Source: Candidatus Nomurabacteria bacterium (lineage in GTDB: Bacteria; Patescibacteriota; Saccharimonadia; Saccharimonadales; CAIOMD01). From it: DNA of 64,000 bases. Both the position numbers and the translations under genes were made by a program. The stretch is from contig JACKGO010000001.1 in the NCBI GenBank assembly GCA_020631975.1, forward strand, positions 131,409 through 195,408, given 5' to 3'. Below the pieces are notes generated by a model. It did no database searches. It was not told where the DNA came from and saw only the letters and a list, made by a program, of their open reading frames with translations. Shown in pieces: positions 47,825 through 57,507 of this stretch; position 1 is the first letter of the stretch, and every line of letters begins with the position of its first letter.

Positions 47825-48445
47825 ATGGATAACATTCTAAAGCATTTTCTGCACTTGAGTGCCGTGCAGCAGCAACAGCTTGCAGCGTTAGGTGCGTTAT
47901 ATCATAATTGGAACGCAAAAATTAATGTTATTTCTAGAAAAGATATAGACCTGCTTTACCCAAATCATATTCTGCATAGTTTGGCTATCGCAAAATATAT
48001 AGAATTTAGTGCCCAAGATCGTGTGCTTGACGCAGGCACGGGTGGTGGCATGCCAGGTATCCCCTTGGCGATACTGTTTCCCAACACCCAATTTGTACTT
48101 GTAGATAGCACGCGAAAAAAATTACAAGTAGTAGATGCTATTGCTGCGGAGCTAGGACTTTCCAATGTACAGACAGAACATATACGTTTAGAAGAAATAC
48201 ATGATCAATATGATTACGTTGTTTCGAGAGCAGTTACGCGGCTTGATGTCATGTGGGGATGGGTGCACCAGCGCATCAGGCAATCGTCTCAAAATAAGGT
48301 ACCCAACGGCCTGTTGTATTTAAAAGGTGGCGACATTTCAGGTGAGTTACCGAACAATTGTCGTGTTCAAAAAATACCACTCCAATCGTTGATAAATGAA
48401 CCACAGTTTGTCGAAAAAGCGCTCGTACATATCTGTAAAAAGTAA
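47825..48445 (+). CDS. rsmG: 16S rRNA (guanine527-N7)-methyltransferase
   Basis: WNAKINVISRKD and VLDAGTGGGMPGIPLAI. Confidence 0.85.
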   Translation: MDNILKHFLHLSAVQQQQLAALGALYHNWNAKINVISRKDIDLLYPNHILHSLAIAKYIEFSAQDRVLDAGTGGGMPGIPLAILFPNTQFVLVDSTRKKLQVVDAIAAELGLSNVQTEHIRLEEIHDQYDYVVSRAVTRLDVMWGWVHQRIRQSSQNKVPNGLLYLKGGDISGELPNNCRVQKIPLQSLINEPQFVEKALVHICKK

Positions 48446-48474
48446 TTAGTACAACAATATAGCTTACAAAAAAA

Positions 48475-48506
48475 GTCGAGGCTCCGCGAGGCTCTCGACT
48501 TATTTT
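48475..48506 (+). terminator. rsmG terminator
   Basis: GTCGAG..CTCGAC hairpin followed by TTATTTT. Confidence 0.55.
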
Positions 48507-48589
48507 GACCCTTTTTGTTCTGTTAGTTAGTGTAGCGTAGCGCTTATGCTGAGGTCAAGTATTTGTAGTATATTTAGCAACAAAAGACT

Positions 48590-48832
48590 AAAAAAAGAGC
48601 AGCCGTGGGCGTACCATGCTGTTCACTAGAATCTAAGTAGCAAAGGAGGGAGCTACATAGGCGTGTACGTGTGCAATGAACGCGTGACTGCTCTTTGGTA
48701 AGGTTTCATAGTTAAATCATGACATTTGCATCTTCACTGCTCGTAAAACATGACTACGGCGTGCAAGCAAATACATCATAGATTAGTCTAAAACCCTCCG
48801 TCTGGTAGTAATCTCCCAAAAAGAATTACTAC
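48590..48832 (-). ncRNA. Candidate small RNA of about 240 nt (unclassified)
   Basis: Minus-strand promoter TTGACA (48868-48863), 18-nt spacer, TACTAT (48844-48839). Internal hairpins GTAGTAAT/ATTACTAC and GTAGC/GCTAC. Terminator GAACAGC-loop-GCTGCTC plus T7 at 48624-48590. No ORF with an SD. Confidence 0.4.
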
Positions 48833-48883
48833 TCTACTATAGTAGCTGCTTTGGCACTTACGTGTCAAGAGTGCTAATGTGTC

Positions 48884-49021
48884 TTATTCTTGCTCTAAAT
48901 CGCTATCAGCGCTCAGCGAAATTTCTAGTTGCCTAGTAGTGCCAGTGCTTCCAAGTGCGAGCTGAATTTCGCGCGGTATATGGTGTTCTTGATGCCAATT
49001 GGCAATTGCTTCGTACGACAT
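48884..49021 (-). CDS. Hypothetical 45-aa protein
   Basis: MSYEAIANWHQEHHIPREIQL... preceded by AAGGAG. Located 65 nt downstream of the adenosyltransferase gene. Confidence 0.45.
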   Translation of the reverse strand: MSYEAIANWHQEHHIPREIQLALGSTGTTRQLEISLSADSDLEQE

Positions 49022-49086
49022 AATACTCCTTAATACTTTTATAATTACTAATTTTTTTACTATAACATATGGTACTTGCGCCAAGG

Positions 49087-49656
49087 CTAGTAATCTATAC
49101 CAGGATTTGCCAAATATTTATCATCAAAATGATGTTTTAGCTTTGTCATATTTGTTGAGATATCGGTAAAATGCATGAGTTCATTAGGAAAATCTCTACC
49201 GGTAACACAGATACTTGTTTTTGGGTGGTGTTCTTCTAAAAGTTCGCGCAGATGCTGCACAGTAAGTAAACCATCATGGACAGCATTGTTTATTTCATCA
49301 CATATAACAAGGTCGTAATCGCCACTGGTTGCTGCTTGAAGAGCTGCTGTATATGTTTTTAGCGCTATAGCTTTATGTTCGTTTTCCGTGACATTTTTAG
49401 CACTTAGTTCACCTGCATTGTAAAAACCAGCCCCACCTTTCATAAATAATAAATTGTCTCCGTATATAGGTGTAATGTTTTCTATGAACGTATGTTCATT
49501 AACGTGCCAGTGCTTAATAAATTGGATGTAGGCAACCTTCCAATTCGCACCAAGAGCACGCGCCATTAAGCCAATGCTCGCACTTGTTTTACCCTTGCCT
49601 TCGCCAGTGTATACCACGACGACACTATCTTTGCTTTTAAAATCTTCAAAACTCAT
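49087..49656 (-). CDS. Cob(I)yrinic acid a,c-diamide / corrinoid adenosyltransferase (CobA/BtuR-type P-loop)
   Basis: VVVYTGEGKGKTSASIGLMARA, VAYIQFIK and LVICDEINNAV. Confidence 0.7.
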   Translation of the reverse strand: MSFEDFKSKDSVVVVYTGEGKGKTSASIGLMARALGANWKVAYIQFIKHWHVNEHTFIENITPIYGDNLLFMKGGAGFYNAGELSAKNVTENEHKAIALKTYTAALQAATSGDYDLVICDEINNAVHDGLLTVQHLRELLEEHHPKTSICVTGRDFPNELMHFTDISTNMTKLKHHFDDKYLANPGIDY

Positions 49657-49683
49657 GGTAGTTATAGCATACCATTTTTGGTA

Positions 49684-50292
49684 CTAAGGCTTCGTTGTTT
49701 GATCAGAGTTATAAATACCCCGTTGTTTTGCTATAGCTATGAGTACTAACCTATAGATATTTGTAAGACTATGCTGTTTATCTGCTGTACCCTGTTCGTG
49801 AGCGGTTATGACTGCACGTTGTAAAATACGAGTAATTGGGTATAAAGCGATAATGTGTTCGCCGAGCTCTTGAGTAATAAGCTCATTAAAGCGCTTTTGG
49901 TCAAACATACCGGTTGTTTCGTCTATAAAGAGTTCATAATCTATTAAAAGTTGCTCGGCTGCCATAATTTGATCGTGACGTTGCTTTGTGTCTTCTATAA
50001 CGTGTTCTTTAGGGATGGCACGAGTTATTTCTAATAAACGTAGTAAAAACGCACCTATTTTTGGTGCACTTTCTACTGTGTAATACGTATCTAAAAAGCG
50101 AGTAATGTCTTGCGACGTCGGCCCGTCTAGTGAGGTGCTTATGAGTTCAGCAGAGTAATGTGCTGGTGGTGCTGGCTCAATCGTTTCAGTGCTATCCCGA
50201 GGCATGGGTATGTGGGCTCTATGGCGATTATTATCGTATTCTAAGAGCAGTTCTGCGGGTGGTACAAATGTTCCATAGATTGACTTAGCCAT
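49684..50292 (-). CDS. Hypothetical protein
   Basis: 202 aa from MAKSIYGT; no motif recognised. Confidence 0.45.
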   Translation of the reverse strand: MAKSIYGTFVPPAELLLEYDNNRHRAHIPMPRDSTETIEPAPPAHYSAELISTSLDGPTSQDITRFLDTYYTVESAPKIGAFLLRLLEITRAIPKEHVIEDTKQRHDQIMAAEQLLIDYELFIDETTGMFDQKRFNELITQELGEHIIALYPITRILQRAVITAHEQGTADKQHSLTNIYRLVLIAIAKQRGIYNSDQTTKP

Positions 50293-50439
50293 GCCTTGTC
50301 CTCGCATATCTCTACGTACACTATAACTATATACTTTTTACAACAAAATCGCTACAGGTAGCCACCCCTATTAGGTATTGCTTTTTTTTGATATTCTTTT
50401 TATTGTAAGGGTATATATAAATGTAAGGAGGGTTCTCTT

Positions 50440-51189
50440 ATGATTAAGCAACGACATGTTGCTGCGCTGTTGGTGGAGTTTTTTGGCACACTGACACTCG
50501 CACTCGTTGTACTGAGTGTAAGCCTGTATAGGTTTCCATTCTTTACTGCACTTGCTGCAGGTGTGACGGTGGCTGTATTCGTCAGCGCATTTGCAAAAAT
50601 TTCAGGTGGGCATGTAAATCCAGCGGTTACCGTTGGTATGTTTGCAATTCGTCAAATCACTGCGCTAAGAGCAGTTGGCTATATTGCTGCTCAAATGCTC
50701 GCAGGTTTTGCTGCATGGCAACTGTATGAGTATTTAACTGAAAGAGCACTAACAAATGCTACGACAGCTACCGTAGAATGGAACGTAGCAGCAGCCGAAG
50801 CACTTGGTGCCTTTATCTTTGGCTTGGCACTTACCGGTGCTGTAGCTCAAAAACTTAAAGGGTATCAATTAGCCTTCACTGCTGGAGCAGGCCTCTTTAT
50901 TGGTTTAACCGTATCTGGTTTAGCATCAAATTCGTTACTAAACCCTGCTGTTGCAGTTGCAGTACGAAGTTTTGATCCAGTTACCTATGTAGGTGCACCA
51001 GTTGTGGGCTATCTAGTTGCTGCTGCGTTGGTAGCGTACGTTGTTGTACCAATGTTTGGCAAAAAAGAAGTCGAAAAGACGACTGCTGTGGCTGCCGCAA
51101 AGCCAAGTGTCGCAAAAACAGCTACTAAAAAAGCTCCTGCAAAAAAGCCTGCAGCTAAGAAAAAAGCTCCTGCAAAAAAGAAGAAATAA
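50440..51189 (+). CDS. MIP/aquaporin family channel with a Lys/Ala/Pro-rich C-terminal tail
   Basis: SGGHVNPAVTVG and LLNPAVAVA (two NPA boxes). Tail KPSVAKTATKKAPAKKPAAKKKAPAKKKK. Confidence 0.85.
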   Translation: MIKQRHVAALLVEFFGTLTLALVVLSVSLYRFPFFTALAAGVTVAVFVSAFAKISGGHVNPAVTVGMFAIRQITALRAVGYIAAQMLAGFAAWQLYEYLTERALTNATTATVEWNVAAAEALGAFIFGLALTGAVAQKLKGYQLAFTAGAGLFIGLTVSGLASNSLLNPAVAVAVRSFDPVTYVGAPVVGYLVAAALVAYVVVPMFGKKEVEKTTAVAAAKPSVAKTATKKAPAKKPAAKKKAPAKKKK

Positions 51190-51217
51190 TCACAAATAAG
51201 CTTTAACGTATATTAAT

Positions 51218-51244
51218 AACGTGGCCATCAATACAGTGCCACGT
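51218..51244. terminator. Bidirectional terminator hairpin
   Basis: AACGTGGC-12 nt-GCCACGTT followed by ATTTTTATTT, between convergent genes. Confidence 0.6.
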
Positions 51245-51249
51245 TATTT

Positions 51250-54200
51250 TTATTTGTTTGCTATAAGCCAATCTTCAAATTCGGTAATGCCTTTGGCATC
51301 TTCACTAAACACACTAATATCTGGAAAATCTAAATTTACGATACATCGCCATACACTTGCAATGATTTTCCGCAACCTGGTAAGTTCTTGTTCATCTGTG
51401 ATGTCAAGCGACAAGCTATCGAGCGAGCCTTGTTGGTTTGGTTCTACAAACACTAGTTCACCTTTAGTAGCGCGAATACCCTGTTCGCCCCACGTTCGTG
51501 ATCCATCCACAAGCAGTTTATAAAAGTATAATTGTTGTTTATAGCGATGTAATTTTTGTTTAGCGTAGTTCGTTTGACCTTGCGCATTCCAGGTCGTGCT
51601 ACTTGTGCCGGTTTTATAATCTGTAACAGTTGCCGAATGTTTGGTGACGGTAAGCACGTCTATCTTGCCTGTTAATAAAGCGTCGCCAATTCGTACACCC
51701 TGCCTACGAAAATCTTGTTCTGGTAATTGTTTGGGGGTAAACTCATGTGAGCGTTGAGCGTATAACGCATTCAGCGCATTGATGGCTTGGGTGTGATATT
51801 TATCGTACTCGTTTGGTGCTAAACCCTTTCTTTGTAAACTAGATGCCATAAACGATTCGCTTTTCGCTAACGCAGGTAATGAGCCATGTTTTACTACATA
51901 GCTATGCATATATTCGAGTGTACTATGCATGGCGCTACCAAAACTAGCGCTCGGGCTCATTGCAGATGGAAATTGAAGGAAATTGTGTAAAAAGAACTTA
52001 TGAGGCCCACCGTTTGGCACATCCAAAAAATTATTTAAATGAGTAGCACTTAATGTATAACGGTTAATACGGTCTTGTAATAGATCTTTTAAAGTAGCTT
52101 GAGGCACAGATAGATGTTTATCGTGCCAGTGACGTTCTGCGCGAAATAATATGTCATGTGGGGTAGAAGGCATAGCCATAGGTTCTACAGGTGATTGTAT
52201 GATTGCTTGGACTGTCTTTTCTTCTAGTGGGGCATACGGGATCATTTCTTTGCCGGTATCACTTGTCATAAAACTACTCATAAATAAATGACGCTTAGCA
52301 CGTGTCATAGCGACATAAAACAATCGCAAATTATCATCTGGGTTAGGACTATGAGCAATACTTAGTAGGTTGGGGCTTAAACTAATACCTCCACCCCTCC
52401 CCTTACTGTTCCATATAGATTGGGTAGCAGACAGAATATATACGGTATCAAATTCAAGTCCTTTGCTTTTGTGGGCAGATAATAAGTTAACCGGATCCTT
52501 ACCTGTAGCGTGCATCATTTTCACTGGTATAGAAACGTGTGCTTTTTTGGCTAAATCGCAAAAATGTATATAATCTTGCAAGCTATGAGTGATATCAGGT
52601 TTGTACGATCTCAGGCTCGAGCGTACGGCGCTAAGTGCAGCAAGTAGTTCTAAGTACGCCTGCGGCTTGTTTTGTAAGTTTGTATCACTGAAATAGTACG
52701 ACTTAAAGGGCGATGCAATTGTTGGAGATGATGCTGTTTCCACTGCTTCTGATTCAGCGCTGTCAGCCACGAACGCATCTGTGCTACCTATGAGCACATC
52801 TAAAATTTCCTCTAAACTACTATTAATAGACAATTTGGCAGCTTCTAGCAAAAATCTTGCAATATTTTTTTGTTTTACTGTGCCTGTGAGCATGATTTGT
52901 AACCATAATTTGTTTGCTTCGTACTCCGTCTTTATTTGCCTGCTTGCAAGGCTTATCTGCCATATCTCGGTCGCTGGTAATTGCCAATAATCGGCACTTA
53001 GGAGTTCTGGCATCAGCTCGTTCGCTACCTGTGGTTTGTCTATACTTAGGTAGTAGACTACTTTCGCAAGAACGAGTAATTCTTTAAGTTGAGGATTATT
53101 TAGGGCATTTTCGCGGCGTTCGTATGCTACTGGTACATCGGTATCAAATAAGTATGGCAAGAGCGCCTCGAGTTGTTTGTGTTCACGTGCAATGACGGCA
53201 ATATCGCTTGCCACCGTACCTTGTTTAATCTGCGCTGCAATATGTTTCGCGACGTATTCGTATTCGTGGGCTTGAATGTCAAATAGCCAACGCTCGCTGC
53301 GAGGCGCAGTAGCAAAGGTAGCATTAGGTAGTAGTGTTTTATCTATGCCCTTCACGTAATTTTCTAATCTATCTTCGCCCTGGGTAATTACAGCTCGTGC
53401 TGCCTGCAAGATATTGTGGCTACTTCTGTAGTTTTCAGTGAGTGTTATTTGCATTGCGCTGGGATATGTTTCTGTAAAATTAAGGATATTAGATAGTTCT
53501 GCACCTTGAAATGCAAATACGGCTTGATCATCGTCCCCTACTACCATAACGTTTGGCAAGCCTTCGTGTACCGGTGCATCTGCAAGGGCGCGCAGCAAAC
53601 GCATTTGCACAACATTCGTGTCTTGGAACTCATCAACTAGCAAATACTGATATTGTTCTTGCAGTTCATAGGCTAAATCTCCACGGGTTTCGATGCTATT
53701 GACTGCTTGCATAATCATGTCATCAAAATCAAATAAGCGGCGTTTATGTAGTTCGTGTTGGTAGTTGCTATAGACTTCAGCAAATGCTGCTAATTTTTCT
53801 AATACTACACGCTGTTTGCATATGGGTTTTTTAGATACGTCTTTTGCAAACCAATCTTTTTTCCAAACAGTCAGTGGTTTGGTTGAATCTTCTTCAATGG
53901 CGGTTCCATAGGCCGCCGCAAGTGATTCGTTAAATACGACGTGAAGCGGCTTTATACCCGTGATAATCTTTGATGAATTGTTGTATGCAAGCCCTACTTC
54001 TAGCAGCTCTGCAACCTGAGGAAACTGTTTTTTTGTAAAAACATTTGTTCCAAAAGTATCAATAATAGCTGGTTCTATGTAACGAACAAACGCATCGCCA
54101 TCGCTAATAACGCCTGCAAGTTCATCTGGTGTTAATGCTTTTTTGCATTCTTGTATGCGTCTTTTTATAGAGCCTATTAATGCATAGTCTCCTTCGTGTT

Positions 54201-54615
54201 TTGCGGTGAGTGGGTGCCGTGCGGGTAACGCATCTAAAACGCTGGTAATAACTTCGTGTATGCTCAGATCGTCGGCGGGAGTAAACTGAACATTGTTAAA
54301 AAAGTAATCTGGATGAGTATTAATTATTTCTGAGCCAAAGCTGTGGAATGTGTGTACAGCAACATGGGCACCAGCTTCACCCATCAGTTCTATAAGCCGT
54401 TTTTGCATGGCTATTTGGCCAGCTTCTGTAAACGTTAGGCATAATATGTTGGCCGGTGACAAGCTAGGGTTATTTTGTAGAATATGGAGCACCCGACTTG
54501 CAAGCAGCTGAGTTTTACCTGTGCCGGGTCCAGCTATAACCATAACGGGGCCTTCAGTTGTGTCTACGGCTTGTTGTTGGGCGGCATTTAATGTAGGAGT
54601 TTTTGGGTTACTCAT
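51250..54615 (-). CDS. UvrD/PcrA-type SF1 helicase fused to a C-terminal PD-(D/E)XK (RecB/AddA-like) nuclease
   Basis: VIAGPGTGKTQLL, LLVDEFQDTN and YRSSHNIL. C-terminal GKIDVLTV..VTDYKTG nuclease motif. 1121 aa. Confidence 0.8.
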   Translation of the reverse strand: MSNPKTPTLNAAQQQAVDTTEGPVMVIAGPGTGKTQLLASRVLHILQNNPSLSPANILCLTFTEAGQIAMQKRLIELMGEAGAHVAVHTFHSFGSEIINTHPDYFFNNVQFTPADDLSIHEVITSVLDALPARHPLTAKHEGDYALIGSIKRRIQECKKALTPDELAGVISDGDAFVRYIEPAIIDTFGTNVFTKKQFPQVAELLEVGLAYNNSSKIITGIKPLHVVFNESLAAAYGTAIEEDSTKPLTVWKKDWFAKDVSKKPICKQRVVLEKLAAFAEVYSNYQHELHKRRLFDFDDMIMQAVNSIETRGDLAYELQEQYQYLLVDEFQDTNVVQMRLLRALADAPVHEGLPNVMVVGDDDQAVFAFQGAELSNILNFTETYPSAMQITLTENYRSSHNILQAARAVITQGEDRLENYVKGIDKTLLPNATFATAPRSERWLFDIQAHEYEYVAKHIAAQIKQGTVASDIAVIAREHKQLEALLPYLFDTDVPVAYERRENALNNPQLKELLVLAKVVYYLSIDKPQVANELMPELLSADYWQLPATEIWQISLASRQIKTEYEANKLWLQIMLTGTVKQKNIARFLLEAAKLSINSSLEEILDVLIGSTDAFVADSAESEAVETASSPTIASPFKSYYFSDTNLQNKPQAYLELLAALSAVRSSLRSYKPDITHSLQDYIHFCDLAKKAHVSIPVKMMHATGKDPVNLLSAHKSKGLEFDTVYILSATQSIWNSKGRGGGISLSPNLLSIAHSPNPDDNLRLFYVAMTRAKRHLFMSSFMTSDTGKEMIPYAPLEEKTVQAIIQSPVEPMAMPSTPHDILFRAERHWHDKHLSVPQATLKDLLQDRINRYTLSATHLNNFLDVPNGGPHKFFLHNFLQFPSAMSPSASFGSAMHSTLEYMHSYVVKHGSLPALAKSESFMASSLQRKGLAPNEYDKYHTQAINALNALYAQRSHEFTPKQLPEQDFRRQGVRIGDALLTGKIDVLTVTKHSATVTDYKTGTSSTTWNAQGQTNYAKQKLHRYKQQLYFYKLLVDGSRTWGEQGIRATKGELVFVEPNQQGSLDSLSLDITDEQELTRLRKIIASVWRCIVNLDFPDISVFSEDAKGITEFEDWLIANK

Positions 54616-54684
54616 ATAGCTATATTTTATACAGTTTTACAATTTATGACAGATAAGTTAGCATAATGCCCTATAATCATAAGC

Positions 54685-55560
54685 ATGGACATAACACTAA
54701 ACAGTATTATCAAAGAGTTAATTTACCTAGCGGTAGCTTTCATTATTGCCCTGATTGTTCGGCGTGTCATACATATTTTTATAGAACAATATTTTGCACG
54801 CTTGTATAAATCTGCCCAACACAGGGGTAGAAGTATAAATAAGAAACGGCTTAATACCCTTGCCCGAGCCTTTAAGAGTTTAGCGGCGGTAAGCGTTTGG
54901 ATAATATTTATATTTGTACTGCTAGGACACTTTAATGTTAATACTGCCGCATTACTCACTGGTGCTGGTGCTGTTGGTATCTTTTTTAGCATAGCCGGCA
55001 AAGATATAATTATGGATTTGTACGTTGGTTTTATGGCACTTGTAGAAGATCAATACCGTGTCGGGGATGTTATTACCATAGATCAAGATCACAGCGGTAC
55101 GGTTCAGGAAATAACCTTGCGCACCATTAAACTACGTGATATTGATGGCAATATTCATATTGTGCCCCATAGTTTGGCGCGCTCTATTATTAATAAAACC
55201 TATGATTATTCTGTTGTGAATGTCGAACTGGGTGTTGCTTATGATGCTGATATGGATGCCATTAAAGATATTGTTAATAAGACAGGTGAACAAATAGCCA
55301 GCGAAGAAGATTGGAAGCAAATATTCATAGAGCCAGTGCAGTATCAAACGATGCTTCGTTTTGATGAATCACAACAGACATTTCGGGCACAAGGTAAAGT
55401 TAAACCTGGTAAACAGTGGGCTGCAGCCAGCGAATTTAGAATGAGAATTAAAGATGCGTTTGATGACAATGGCATAGAAATACCCTTCCCACAACGAGTT
55501 GTACGCACCGTAACAGAATCGGCACCCAAAAAGATAGTAAAAAGCAAATCTAAAAAGTAA
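54685..55560 (+). CDS. Mechanosensitive ion channel (MscS family)
   Basis: YRVGDVITIDQDHSGTVQEITLRTIKLRDIDGNIHIVPHS. Confidence 0.85.
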   Translation: MDITLNSIIKELIYLAVAFIIALIVRRVIHIFIEQYFARLYKSAQHRGRSINKKRLNTLARAFKSLAAVSVWIIFIFVLLGHFNVNTAALLTGAGAVGIFFSIAGKDIIMDLYVGFMALVEDQYRVGDVITIDQDHSGTVQEITLRTIKLRDIDGNIHIVPHSLARSIINKTYDYSVVNVELGVAYDADMDAIKDIVNKTGEQIASEEDWKQIFIEPVQYQTMLRFDESQQTFRAQGKVKPGKQWAAASEFRMRIKDAFDDNGIEIPFPQRVVRTVTESAPKKIVKSKSKK

Positions 55561-55562
55561 TA

Positions 55563-56267
55563 ATGAACGAGCTAGTTGGCCAGTTTGAATTTCCGCTTGC
55601 TTATAATTTATTGGCAACATTTTTGTTCGCTTTAACTGGCGTTATACTGGCAACAAAGCGGCAGTACGATATTATTGGTGTGATTATTCTTGCGACTGTC
55701 GCCGGGGCTGGTGGTGGCTTAATACGCGATGGTATTTTTTTGCAGCAAGGTCCCCCACTGTTTTTGCAAGATAACCGTTTTTTGGTTGCCATTTTACTGG
55801 CAGTAGTTGTTGGTACGGTGTTTTATCATTTGGTGAAAAAGTGGGATGGAGTGTTTTTTGTAGCAGACGCACTTGGGCTTGGTATCTATGGTGTTATAGG
55901 AGCGCAGATGAGCATTAATGCTGGGCTTGGGTTTATATCGGCGGTACTTGTAGGGCTAATATCTGCAACAGGCGGTGGTTTACTGCGTGATATTCTTACC
56001 AAAAAAGAACCCGTTATCTTCTTCCCGGGTCAGTACTATGCAGCGGCTGCTTTGGCAGGTGTCACACTATTTTTGTTCTTAGCCACAGTATTAAAAATCA
56101 ATGCCCAAATTGCTGCATGGGTGGCTATAGGGCTTGTGTTCTTTTTTAGATTAGCAGCCATGAAGTTTGATTTAAGCACCAAGCCACTCGCAGCCTTTGC
56201 AGATGTCAATAGAACTAAGTTTCTTACATTCTATGACTTTGTAAAACCAAAGCGTAAATCAAAATAA
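55563..56267 (+). CDS. TRIC/UPF0126 family cation channel (YadS/YicG-like)
   Basis: Duplicated G(G)GxxRD motifs: AGGGLIRDGIF and TGGGLLRDIL. Confidence 0.75.
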   Translation: MNELVGQFEFPLAYNLLATFLFALTGVILATKRQYDIIGVIILATVAGAGGGLIRDGIFLQQGPPLFLQDNRFLVAILLAVVVGTVFYHLVKKWDGVFFVADALGLGIYGVIGAQMSINAGLGFISAVLVGLISATGGGLLRDILTKKEPVIFFPGQYYAAAALAGVTLFLFLATVLKINAQIAAWVAIGLVFFFRLAAMKFDLSTKPLAAFADVNRTKFLTFYDFVKPKRKSK

Positions 56268-56335
56268 TCAGTAAAATAGTACAGCTACACGGCCTATGTT
56301 ACGTCGCATTAAATTTGTGTAGTACGTGTCGTTTG

Positions 56336-57442
56336 CTAGTGATTGTGAGCGGTGCCAACTGCTTCTTGTACGTTGTTGTAGCCATTGTTTTTTAAAGTAC
56401 AGGCAAGTTCTTTGTTAATATCACCTACGCATTGTGGTCCTTGGTAAATAAGCCCGGTGATAAGCTGAACCAAACTCGCTCCAAGCGTAATTTTTTTGTA
56501 GGCATCTTTGCCGCTAAATACTCCACCAAGACCAATAATTGTTTTTTGGCCGTTGGTAAGCGTGTACATATCGCTGATAAGTCTATTAGATAATTCCTCT
56601 ACAACCTTGCCACTTAGACCCCCCACATCTGGTATATTTTCATCATAAATACTGCGTAAGGTTCTATTTTTAGTCAGATTACCACATATAAATCCTTGCA
56701 CATTGTGTGTAAAAGCTAATTTAGCGATGGCTTGTCTTTCTTTGAACGTAATATCCGGTGATAGCTTAATGTAAACAGGTTTTTTCGTCTTGATTGTATC
56801 TAACCTAGACAATAGTAGGTCGAGTCGTTTTTTATCATGGAATGGTTGGCCACCAAATGTGTTGGGGCAACTAACATTAATCGTAAAATAGTCGCCGATG
56901 TGCGAGAGTTTTTTGAATGAATATGCATAATCTTCTATTGACGCAGCATCGTCGCAGTTAGGTGAATTTGTGCGGGCTATATTTGTACCTACCGGTATTG
57001 TGCTGTTCGTCTTAGCGATCCTCGGTGCTATCGTATCTACACCTTGGTTTTTAAGACCATAATATACTGCAATGCTACTGGATTTAGGTAAGCGCCAGAG
57101 CCGTGTACCTTCGTTACCAGCATAGGGATGTTGCGTGATTGACCCTACTTCGTTAAACCCAAAACCAATTGGTTCCATAAGACTAATTGCTTTCGCATCT
57201 TTATCCCACCCTGCCGCTAGTCCAATAGGATTTTCATAATAAATACCATCAACTGTTTGTGTGAGCGAAGAGTCGCGGTAGCTCCAGGACTTTTTAACAA
57301 GCCACCGTAGCGGTGCTATTTTACCGCTCGTGCTAGCAGCTAGCAATGTGGTGTCATGCACTTTTTCTGGGTTAATGGTAAAAAGTAACGGTTTAACAGT
57401 TTTTTGGTACAAGAATTTTGTTATATTGCTAATGACTCTCAC
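56336..57442 (-). CDS. pyrD: Dihydroorotate dehydrogenase (class-2-like scaffold)
   Basis: NPIGLAAGWDKDA, INVSCPNT and IIGLGGVFSGKDAYKKITLGASLVQLITGLIYQGP. Start uncertain: GTG 57442 chosen, the ORF track gives TTG 57490, and there is no nearby ATG. Confidence 0.8.
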   Translation of the reverse strand: MRVISNITKFLYQKTVKPLLFTINPEKVHDTTLLAASTSGKIAPLRWLVKKSWSYRDSSLTQTVDGIYYENPIGLAAGWDKDAKAISLMEPIGFGFNEVGSITQHPYAGNEGTRLWRLPKSSSIAVYYGLKNQGVDTIAPRIAKTNSTIPVGTNIARTNSPNCDDAASIEDYAYSFKKLSHIGDYFTINVSCPNTFGGQPFHDKKRLDLLLSRLDTIKTKKPVYIKLSPDITFKERQAIAKLAFTHNVQGFICGNLTKNRTLRSIYDENIPDVGGLSGKVVEELSNRLISDMYTLTNGQKTIIGLGGVFSGKDAYKKITLGASLVQLITGLIYQGPQCVGDINKELACTLKNNGYNNVQEAVGTAHNH

Positions 57443-57507
57443 ACTTGTATTGTGCACGTTTATACAAAATGCCGCAACTAAGCAACACAACTAGTGGTTG
57501 CATATCT

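Noticed and set aside
48636-48660. GCAAAGGAGGGAGC on the plus strand, reminiscent of the SRP RNA domain IV GGAAG..AGCA motif
   Set aside because: There is no GNRA tetraloop or matching opposite strand of the conserved symmetric and asymmetric loops. The promoter and terminator signals are on the other strand.
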